A DNA stretch of 64,000 nt from a virus: IMG/VR virus record IMGVR_UViG_3300020392_000005, one strand, 5' to 3'. Made by a program: the position numbers and the translations under genes. The notes under the pieces were generated by a model. That model saw nothing but the letters and a program-made list of their open reading frames with translations, was not told the DNA's origin and ran no database searches. This document shows, in pieces, positions 45,635 to 53,617 of this stretch (position 1 is the stretch's first letter; each line of letters opens with the position of its first letter).

Positions 45635-46851
45635 TATCCTTTTACCCAATCTTTTGCGATAGTAAAGTTTGCTCTACTAAACTCTAATCTATCTACTAGT
45701 TTGACTACATTACCTATCTTATCTGTAGCAACAAATCCTTCAGGTGCGGTAACTCTATAACCACTATCAGTTCTAATAAAGTGACCAACACTTTGTATCT
45801 GTGCTAACTTCTGCAATATTGTATTCTTCGCTGTTTGCAAAGTCATATATGTTGCGATAGAAAAATATAGTGCTTGTTTGTTTCTATCAATAAATTTTAA
45901 ATTGTTATCTTTTGCATTTATATATTTCTCTTTACCTCTAGCAGTTTTCTTACTATCTATTTCTGCTTGTATAAAGTTCTCATAGTAATCTCTAAATCTA
46001 TCTTGTAATGTTCTAACACTACCCATACCACCTTTACTATCTCTAATGACAGAATTGAAAAATGTCTTTAGTCTGAAACCAACTGACAACTGGTCATTAC
46101 TATCAAATAGATTTAACAAAGGTCCTGCCTTCTGTAAACTACCTTCTGCCATTCTTAATTGTGCATTAAACTTAGCAACTTCTGCTCTACTCATTGTTGC
46201 ACTACCACTAGTATCTTTGTATTGTGCCGATGGTACGAATACACTAGCAGAATTGATACCTCTTACATAACCGAAACTTGCATTTAAACTATCCATTGCA
46301 TTACCATTATATTGAGTATGAAATACAATACCTAGTCTTGCTCTTGCAACTTTTCTACCAGCGCTACTATCAACTGGTAAAGCATATGTAATTGTGTTAG
46401 GTGTAAAAGAAATCATAGATTGACCATCTATGTTTACTACTTTCTTTTCTTCACTAGTAAATAATAAATCGCCTTGTAAGATACCTCTTATACCTAACTT
46501 TTTTAATTCTCTTAAACAGACTTGAAGTTTAGACGCAACAGGACCACTATGGTTTCTGTTTATGTCTGAAACGGTATAATTGATTTTGGGAGTTCTATTG
46601 AATACAGATTTTGTTCCAACAAAGAATTTGTTGTTTTCAGGATTGATACCACAAACTATGGCAGGTGCACCGTCCCATTTAACGGTTACATTTACTTTCT
46701 TGCTTGAGTTACCTACAAGCATTTTTTGTAAAGACTTTAAAAATGCAATCGCATTTCTACCACCTTTAGCGCCGTCATTTATAATACTATCTTCTAAATG
46801 CTCTAGGTGTGTGTTCGTACCTGAGCTTGAATATCCTTTAAAACTAAACAT
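45634..46851 (-). CDS. Conserved large-phage protein (DUF6267-like) with ATP-dependent ligase/capping-type motifs
   Basis: N.HLEHLED; KWDG (motif I), LQGD (III), EGFV (IV), VKLV (V). Confidence 0.7.
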   Translation of the reverse strand: MFSFKGYSSSGTNTHLEHLEDSIINDGAKGGRNAIAFLKSLQKMLVGNSSKKVNVTVKWDGAPAIVCGINPENNKFFVGTKSVFNRTPKINYTVSDINRNHSGPVASKLQVCLRELKKLGIRGILQGDLLFTSEEKKVVNIDGQSMISFTPNTITYALPVDSSAGRKVARARLGIVFHTQYNGNAMDSLNASFGYVRGINSASVFVPSAQYKDTSGSATMSRAEVAKFNAQLRMAEGSLQKAGPLLNLFDSNDQLSVGFRLKTFFNSVIRDSKGGMGSVRTLQDRFRDYYENFIQAEIDSKKTARGKEKYINAKDNNLKFIDRNKQALYFSIATYMTLQTAKNTILQKLAQIQSVGHFIRTDSGYRVTAPEGFVATDKIGNVVKLVDRLEFSRANFTIAKDWVKG

Positions 46852-46918
46852 TTTTGTCCTTCATTTTTTCCATATACAAATAAACTATCCATCAATATAA
46901 TACTCACTTCGTCTCTTA

Positions 46919-46926
46919 TATTTATA
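46919..46926 (-). promoter_or_regulatory. T4-type late promoter heading the enzyme/internal-protein block
   Basis: TATAAATA inside an imperfect palindrome GTCTTATAAATATAAGAGAC. Confidence 0.85.
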
Positions 46927-46929
46927 AGA

Positions 46930-48348
46930 CTATGACACTTTTACAAAGAAACTAGATAAATCAGTATTACTAGCCGCATATCTGATAATATCAGTAGCGA
47001 TAGCGTTTCTTTGTGCTCCTGTGCCTGACATAAAAGTGTCTAAAAATTGTAGACACATATTCTTTGAGAAGATAAAACCACCTTTGAGTTCTAAACATTT
47101 TGCAATAAATGTCTTTACATCAACAGGATTCTTTGCATATTTTTTATATAAAACATACATATCGTTTAACTTCACTTGATTACTAGGTGTCTCTCGCCAA
47201 CCTTGACCTTTGAGACCACCACCTATACTTCTTCTCATATGTTTCTCACAATAGAAGTTTAGGTTACCACCACCAATCTTACCACCGGCAGCAGCCACAC
47301 CTTTTATTTCACCTTGCCAACTTGAAGTAGAATTAAATGCTCTGAATTGTACCTCACCTGTACCTATCTTAAAGTACATATCAACACTTGAAAAGAAATC
47401 ATTGTTTCTTCCAAAAGTAAAACCTTTAAAGGTATGTGTTATTTCTTTTGTTCTAGTAGGTTCGTTAAACTCTTTTAGAGAAACCGTATTGCCTAGTTTC
47501 TTTAATGAGATTCCTAAAAGAAATGTTTTAGGACTTCCTATACGACCTGCTTTATCTAATACTGCCTGATTAATTACAGACCAATCTTTTGTAAATTCTT
47601 TTAATGGGTCACTTGCAGGTGACATTGTTGTCATCCATATATCACCTGGATTCCATTTATCATCTGAAAACGAACCTGGTGCCTGTGGCATTTTACCATC
47701 TTTTTGTGCTTGTGCTTTATCCATTCTTGCAACTTCTTTTTTAGCACGATATACTTTACTCATAAAATTACTACCTCTATGAAAGTATACTGCACCTTGC
47801 ACTTTGTTTTTATATTTTCTGTATACTGCGTTTGCACTCTTAATAAATGTATCAGATTGTAACCAATCTTCAGGACATCTATCTTTAAATGCTTTGTATG
47901 CTACGGTTGCCTGTACATACTTTGCGGCCTTCTCCATATTCTTATCTGTAATATCAGAAGAAGTTATAGGTCCTCTCTTAACATTAAAGGCAAGTGAACA
48001 ATAATAACATTGACCACTCTCGGTTACTGCGGTTACAGCCGCACCACCACCAGAACCACCACCTCCTCCGAAGAGTGGCGATTTATATATCTTCGTAATA
48101 GGAACAACTTCTGTTTTGTTTCCTGTATCTGATTTACAAACGATTGAGAAAGGATAGGTATTAGGTTTACCTTCTATTGATATACCTGTAAGTTTACGAC
48201 CTGAAGAAGTCTTACCTTCTACAAATCGTTCTTTATTCTTAATCATAAGTTCGCATATGGCAAATCTAGTCTTGCCTGCGTACTTACCATTCTTTGAGAC
48301 ATATGCTTTGCCGTCTCTAATGAAATCGTTTTTTCCTAATGTTGCCAT
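46930..48348 (-). CDS. Putative restriction-endonuclease-fold protein
   Basis: T..TES, DKWNPGDIW...GISLKK (PD-(D/E)XK variant). Confidence 0.6.
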   Translation of the reverse strand: MATLGKNDFIRDGKAYVSKNGKYAGKTRFAICELMIKNKERFVEGKTSSGRKLTGISIEGKPNTYPFSIVCKSDTGNKTEVVPITKIYKSPLFGGGGGSGGGAAVTAVTESGQCYYCSLAFNVKRGPITSSDITDKNMEKAAKYVQATVAYKAFKDRCPEDWLQSDTFIKSANAVYRKYKNKVQGAVYFHRGSNFMSKVYRAKKEVARMDKAQAQKDGKMPQAPGSFSDDKWNPGDIWMTTMSPASDPLKEFTKDWSVINQAVLDKAGRIGSPKTFLLGISLKKLGNTVSLKEFNEPTRTKEITHTFKGFTFGRNNDFFSSVDMYFKIGTGEVQFRAFNSTSSWQGEIKGVAAAGGKIGGGNLNFYCEKHMRRSIGGGLKGQGWRETPSNQVKLNDMYVLYKKYAKNPVDVKTFIAKCLELKGGFIFSKNMCLQFLDTFMSGTGAQRNAIATDIIRYAASNTDLSSFFVKVS

Positions 48349-48365
48349 AATAGTTCTCCTTTAAG

Positions 48366-48397
48366 AGTATACTAGACAATATTTATTCTTATGTCAA
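48366..48397 (-). promoter_or_regulatory. Sigma70-type promoter
   Basis: GTGCTTGACA-N17-TAGTAT. Confidence 0.65.
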
Positions 48398-48406
48398 GCA
48401 CAAACT

Positions 48407-48483
48407 TGGCGACCTTGGCAGGACTTGAACCTGCAACATCTAGTTTAGAAGACTAGTGCTCTATCCAGTTGAGCTACAAGGCC
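48407..48483 (-). tRNA. tRNA-Arg (anticodon UCU), CCA encoded
   Basis: GGCCTTG/CAAGGTC acceptor stem, D arm AGCTCAACTGGATAGAGC, CTAGT-CTTCTAA-ACTAG, GGTTCAAGTCC. Confidence 0.97.
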
Positions 48484-48493
48484 TTCTTCCAAG

Positions 48494-48757
48494 TTAGTCG
48501 TAATAAGAACAAAGAAAGTGAGGAATACCACCATTGACTTCCCAAACTCTATGTTTGTTTTGAAATCTTACAAGAGCTCTGGCGTCTTTCTCAAAGAAGT
48601 AGTCTTTGATAATAGTACCGGTAGGTTTTTCAGTAACCCTCCAGTATATCTTACCTCTCTTCTTAACCATAGATTTAGTGTAATGTAATTTCTCACCTTC
48701 TTCTAATGGTCGTGTTCCTTCTTGTCTTGTTTTTGTTATATTTTTTTTACGAGGCAT
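48494..48757 (-). CDS. Basic hypothetical protein
   Basis: ORF track; start moved to MPRKKN. Confidence 0.7.
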   Translation of the reverse strand: MPRKKNITKTRQEGTRPLEEGEKLHYTKSMVKKRGKIYWRVTEKPTGTIIKDYFFEKDARALVRFQNKHRVWEVNGGIPHFLCSYYD

Positions 48758-48758
48758 A

Positions 48759-50123
48759 TTAAACTTTGAAATCAGAAAACTTATCGTATGGGTCAGTTTC
48801 AATCTCTTTCTCCTGATTGGCGTCTACAATGTTTTGTGCTTTTTGCTCTACATCATACAATCTCATCTTACTTCTATCAACGCCGATTATAAAAGAACGA
48901 TTGATTGCTGGGTCGCTATATCTGTTTTTAAGTTGTTTAACTTTCATCTGATTAAGACTATCTAGTTCTTCACTAGTCATTAATGCAAACATAAAATCAG
49001 CAGTAGCAGGTAGACCAAAACTTTCTGAAGTATCTTCTAATCCAATATCAGTAGATACAAAACCACTTCTTGTGGTTTGAGTTGCCGTGAATATAGGTAA
49101 TTTAAATTCAACAGCAAGACCTCGTAATTCTTCTGCGATTGCTTTTATATAGAAATAAGATGATATATTACCACCTTTAAATCTACTAGAGGCACATATA
49201 TTCAAATAGTCAATAAACAATACATCAGGTTTAAAACTCTTCTTTAATGCAAGTTCATTTAACAATGCTTTGAAATGTCCACTATGAGCAGAAGCAGTAG
49301 GATATTCTTTAATGATTAATTTACCAGGCGACTTACTTTTTAATCTTTCAACTCTATCATCAAACATTGTTTTAGGTAGAGCGTGTAAATCATCTGTACT
49401 AACATCTAATAGGTTAGCGTCTATTCTTTCTGCAATTCTTTCCTCAGCCATTTCTAGGGTTACATACAATACATTTTTACCTTCAAGTATACTAGAGGCG
49501 GCGAGGTGACACATAAACAAAGATTTACCAACACCTGTACCTGCAAGACAAACATTTAAAGTCTTCTGCGGAACACCGCCTTTAGTTATCTTATTGAAAT
49601 ATTGTAAGTCAAATGGTAATCTTAATTCAGTTCTATGGTACCAATCAAATCTATCATCTGCGTCATCAATGTAATCGTGCCCAATATGATTATCAAAAGA
49701 CACAGCAAGAGCTTCAGATAAAATTGAAGGAATGGCCTCCGGAGTTCTTTTCTTGTCTTTTCCATCCAAGATTTTAATGCCGTTAAGTACTGCATTGTTT
49801 ACCGCCTTGTCTTTACAGAATTTCTCCGTAGTATCAAACAACCATTGTAATTCGTTCTCTTCGTAAGAAAGTCCGTTTATAGTTTGTTTAATTGCCTTAT
49901 ACTCTTCCTCGGTAATATCTTTTCTATTTCCTAATTCTATAATCAAGGTTTCTTTTGTAGGAAGATTATTATATTTATCTACAAACTGATATATTTGGTC
50001 AAACAAAATTTTATCTGTACGATTAGCAAAGTAATCATCTTTTAGAAAAGGCAAAACTTTTCTACAATAATCTTCATTAAAAATTAAGTTTGTTAGTATT
50101 GTGTCTTCTATTCTATTTGTCAT
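48759..50123 (-). CDS. gp41: Replicative helicase gp41
   Basis: AGTGVGKS, TLEMAEE, IDYLNIC, SESFGLPATAD, KNRY. Confidence 0.97.
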   Translation of the reverse strand: MTNRIEDTILTNLIFNEDYCRKVLPFLKDDYFANRTDKILFDQIYQFVDKYNNLPTKETLIIELGNRKDITEEEYKAIKQTINGLSYEENELQWLFDTTEKFCKDKAVNNAVLNGIKILDGKDKKRTPEAIPSILSEALAVSFDNHIGHDYIDDADDRFDWYHRTELRLPFDLQYFNKITKGGVPQKTLNVCLAGTGVGKSLFMCHLAASSILEGKNVLYVTLEMAEERIAERIDANLLDVSTDDLHALPKTMFDDRVERLKSKSPGKLIIKEYPTASAHSGHFKALLNELALKKSFKPDVLFIDYLNICASSRFKGGNISSYFYIKAIAEELRGLAVEFKLPIFTATQTTRSGFVSTDIGLEDTSESFGLPATADFMFALMTSEELDSLNQMKVKQLKNRYSDPAINRSFIIGVDRSKMRLYDVEQKAQNIVDANQEKEIETDPYDKFSDFKV

Positions 50124-50436
50124 CAAGGATTGTACCATTCTTTATTCTTTCATCTAATATTTCAACTAATATATCACCAATATACTTTATAAATGCAGGT
50201 TGGTCAATATCCAAGTCCAGTTCTTCTGGTTTTCTCAATAGAGTCCATTGAAACTGCAAAGGAAGATTGCCGTCAGATTGTTCTTCATTACCAAACTGCA
50301 CCTTGCCGTATTTGTAGATTACATCTTTGTACTTGCCTTCAACGATTTTTATACTACTAAAATCGTCTCCGTCTCTTTGTACATAGACATATCTCTTATT
50401 CGCCGTAGAGGAATTTTCTTTTTGCTTGTTCATCAA
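50113..50436 (-). CDS. Hypothetical protein in the gp40 position (between uvsX and gp41)
   Basis: G.Y...IY.YG.V...L.F motif; synteny. Confidence 0.7.
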   Translation of the reverse strand: MMNKQKENSSTANKRYVYVQRDGDDFSSIKIVEGKYKDVIYKYGKVQFGNEEQSDGNLPLQFQWTLLRKPEELDLDIDQPAFIKYIGDILVEILDERIKNGTILDDK

Positions 50437-51415
50437 TCTTTTCTAATACTTCTTTTGTAAAATACTTTTCAGGTTCGTTCATTATAGACTTACCGAAGAC
50501 TTTAGTACCATCAGGCATTTCATATCTAGTAGATACCTTTTTGAATACACCACTCTCTTCTGCAAGTTCAATTAAACCATAATGTTTATCTAAACCTTTT
50601 TCGTAAGTTAAAAGTACATCTATCATTGCATTTTCTTTTGTCAACCTTGACTTGTAGTTTTTACAATGAATAATATTACCGACAACTTCTGTGCCGTCTT
50701 TGACTTTTCTCTTACCTAAATAAATGATTGATGAGGCAGCGTATTTAAGACCAGAGCCGCCGCCCATTTCTTTTTGTGGGAACATTGAACCGATTACATC
50801 ATAAGTATGATTGGTCATAATCATAGGTACATTTGCCTTACCTAGTTTCAATGTTAATACTCTAAATGTTGACTTCACAATTTGAGACCTTGTCATATCT
50901 CTAGTCTCTTTACCTTCGGCAGTATCTTCCATTTCTTTTGTAGTAGATAACATACCTAAACTATCTAAAACAAACATAATAGGTTTTCTATCTTTTTCAG
51001 GTTGTTCTAGGTACTTGTCAACGATTTTAATTGATTGTGTTCTAAATTCTTGTACGGTTGCAACAGGAACAACTACAAATCTTTTACTATCAATACCTCT
51101 ATCTTCAATCATATTTTTAGATACTGCACTCTCACTTTCAAAGTAAATGATACCTGCGTCTTTGTCCATATCTAAAAAGTTCTTACAGATAGATAAAGCA
51201 AAAAATGTTTTACCTGTAGCACTTTCACCAGCGATAGCGGTGATTTTATTAGCAGGCATACCGCCATATATACTGCCTGATAATAACGCATTAAGAGAAT
51301 AGCAACCTGTGTCAACAAAGTTGGTCACATCGCCAGCGTCTATGCCTTCACTTGCTAGTGTAGCATATTCATTGCCAGTCTCTTTAATAATGTCTTTAAG
51401 AAAGTCTTTTGTCAT
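50396..51415 (-). CDS. uvsX: RecA-like recombinase UvsX
   Basis: [28 protein letters not shown]. Confidence 0.97.
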   Translation of the reverse strand: MTKDFLKDIIKETGNEYATLASEGIDAGDVTNFVDTGCYSLNALLSGSIYGGMPANKITAIAGESATGKTFFALSICKNFLDMDKDAGIIYFESESAVSKNMIEDRGIDSKRFVVVPVATVQEFRTQSIKIVDKYLEQPEKDRKPIMFVLDSLGMLSTTKEMEDTAEGKETRDMTRSQIVKSTFRVLTLKLGKANVPMIMTNHTYDVIGSMFPQKEMGGGSGLKYAASSIIYLGKRKVKDGTEVVGNIIHCKNYKSRLTKENAMIDVLLTYEKGLDKHYGLIELAEESGVFKKVSTRYEMPDGTKVFGKSIMNEPEKYFTKEVLEKIDEQAKRKFLYGE

Positions 51416-51424
51416 AATTTCTCC

Positions 51425-51453
51425 ATACTATACTAATTTAACTTATTTGTCAA
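51425..51453 (-). promoter_or_regulatory. Sigma70-type promoter for uvsX
   Basis: TTGACA-N17-TAGTAT. Confidence 0.7.
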
Positions 51454-51769
51454 CAGCCTGTTTCGCTCTTAACACAACTTTTCTACCAGTAGAAATGCCT
51501 TCGCCTTCTATCCGATATTGTTCATCTTTGGGAACCCAACTTGCTGGTGGTTCTTCGTACTCTTCTGGTGGTATTCTATCCCAAAGGTGTTGACCAAAGT
51601 CGCTAGGTGCAACCTCACCATATTGAGTATTGAACATACGGCCATCAAACTTATGTGCCATTTCAAATATCTTTTCTTTATTGTATGCAACTTTCCGTTG
51701 ATAATCGTAATAAGGTTTTAAGTCGCTTTCGTATTCTGATTTTTTTATCATTTCTCTCCGTTGTGTCAT
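51443..51769 (-). CDS. Hypothetical protein
   Basis: ORF track. Confidence 0.7.
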   Translation of the reverse strand: MTQRREMIKKSEYESDLKPYYDYQRKVAYNKEKIFEMAHKFDGRMFNTQYGEVAPSDFGQHLWDRIPPEEYEEPPASWVPKDEQYRIEGEGISTGRKVVLRAKQAVDK

Positions 51770-53019
51770 AGAAAACTTTCCAATGTCGCTCTTCTGCTTG
51801 AAGAGAAGAAGTCGTAATCTTTAGGACCAAAACACCATACATTTTCAATATACTTCATTGCCATAAATTTATTCAGTTCTTCTTTGGTCTTAAACTTTGC
51901 ATTACCTTGAGGTCTTTGCATAATGACCATACCAATCTGACCTATGAATTTGTCTCTATTACTATTTATTAATTCATCACTTGACCTGTATCGTACATTT
52001 TTGACTTTCGGATCCATTATATTTACTAACATAAATTTAGATTTAGAAAGTGTCTTTTCTGCGACAGGTAAATAGAAGTCATCACGCCATCTTTCATATT
52101 CATTAAATTTAAACCAAGATTGATTTTCTTCTAGTTCACCACCTTTATTATATTCTTCTGTACTAAAATAAGGCGGACTTGTAAACGCACAATCTATATC
52201 TGGTAACTCATCATAAGGTAAATTTTCTGCACCACAATTGTATATCTTAACTTTCTTATTAGGAAAGAATTTACTATACTCTTCAATCTGTTTCATATAT
52301 TGTTTATATGTGTTAGGGTTTGGGTCACAACCATAATATTCAGTTGCATTACTAGCAAAGAAACCTGCAAGTCTATCACCCCAACCACAAGAGGTATCTA
52401 ATACGGTGTTCGCTTTTGTCATATCATATATTGTCTTCGCAACGACAGGTTTAAATTGTGTTGCAATATATGTACCTAATCTAAAGGCACTCATATATGT
52501 ACCTTCTCTTAAATGTCTTTCAGTATTAATGCCACGCCATATAGGACCTAGACAACGCCATACATCTTTTGCGTCACCATTATTCCACACATCAATAGGT
52601 GCTTTGAAACCATAACTACTACAATTCAATCTTAAATGTTGATGAAAGTAATTAGATGATACATTGTATATTGAAGGAGCGTCTATGATACCTAGACCAT
52701 AATCTTTAAAGTTATATTCGTAATCATCATACTTCTCAAATACTTCTTTCTCTATCTGTTCTTTAGGTGTACAGATTTTAGATGTATCAAACTTACTTAA
52801 ATCAATTATATTCTTTCTCATATCTGCATATGATATTTGTTTCAAAGGAAACTTCGGTCTTTCATTTGCGATATATTGAGACAACAAAACTCTAAATTGT
52901 TCTTTGCCTAACTCTTCTGTCCATCTATCAAACTGGATAGTGTCCATTATAGGCAAACCGTTTTCGTCTGCGTAATCTTTAAGATTTAAGGTCGTATTCA
53001 AAGTTATAACTCGTTTCAT
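51766..53019 (-). CDS. DNA amino-methyltransferase (N6-A/N4-C)
   Basis: LDTSCGWGDRL SAM motif, FTSPPY catalytic motif; C-terminal clamp-binding-like LESFL. Confidence 0.88.
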   Translation of the reverse strand: MKRVITLNTTLNLKDYADENGLPIMDTIQFDRWTEELGKEQFRVLLSQYIANERPKFPLKQISYADMRKNIIDLSKFDTSKICTPKEQIEKEVFEKYDDYEYNFKDYGLGIIDAPSIYNVSSNYFHQHLRLNCSSYGFKAPIDVWNNGDAKDVWRCLGPIWRGINTERHLREGTYMSAFRLGTYIATQFKPVVAKTIYDMTKANTVLDTSCGWGDRLAGFFASNATEYYGCDPNPNTYKQYMKQIEEYSKFFPNKKVKIYNCGAENLPYDELPDIDCAFTSPPYFSTEEYNKGGELEENQSWFKFNEYERWRDDFYLPVAEKTLSKSKFMLVNIMDPKVKNVRYRSSDELINSNRDKFIGQIGMVIMQRPQGNAKFKTKEELNKFMAMKYIENVWCFGPKDYDFFSSSRRATLESFL

Positions 53020-53461
53020 TATTATTCAATAGAAAGGCACCGTTCTTTATATGAAACTTATATGCCATTTCTGTCAATGGTGATAAAGTCACCAATCTTT
53101 TTATATTAGGATAGTTTTTCAAATCGTCTCGTATTGCAAATATAATATCTCTACCTGCACCTTTACGCCAACCTGTTGACCATACGGTATATGCAACTGC
53201 AATATGACCATCAGGATTAGAAAACCTATCTAGTTCTTCTTCGTTCTTCGGTACTTCTGTACAATATGCTACACAACATATCGCAAGAGGAACATCTACG
53301 AAAGAACCATCTGCTCTACTAATATCACTATTCATAAGACCATATATTTCTCTACCTTTTGAAGTTCTAAACTCAATAGATAGATGAGGTCTTACTGGAT
53401 CCACATCAACTTTTTCAGGATCCAATTCTGTTTGTTTCTGTAAAATATCCAACTTATCCAT
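52979..53461 (-). CDS. GNAT-fold protein (malonyl-CoA-decarboxylase-like TLSP motif)
   Basis: DPVRPH, YTVWS...GAGR.I, VTLSP, FH..NGA. Confidence 0.6.
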   Translation of the reverse strand: MDKLDILQKQTELDPEKVDVDPVRPHLSIEFRTSKGREIYGLMNSDISRADGSFVDVPLAICCVAYCTEVPKNEEELDRFSNPDGHIAVAYTVWSTGWRKGAGRDIIFAIRDDLKNYPNIKRLVTLSPLTEMAYKFHIKNGAFLLNNNETSYNFEYDLKS

Positions 53462-53467
53462 AAACTC

Positions 53468-53617
53468 CTAACTTGTATATGCAATCTCTAAAAATTTTAT
53501 TGCACCACAAATAATTAATAGTTGTATAAACGACAATCTAGTCAACGCTAAATTTGCACCTAATCTAAATGCAAATATCAATAAGAACCAGGCGATGATT
53601 ATATCTAGTTGTGTCAT
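53468..53617 (-). CDS. Small 2-TM protein (49 aa)
   Basis: Manual ORF MTQLDIIIAWFLL...; ATGA coupling to gp43. Confidence 0.6.
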   Translation of the reverse strand: MTQLDIIIAWFLLIFAFRLGANLALTRLSFIQLLIICGAIKFLEIAYTS

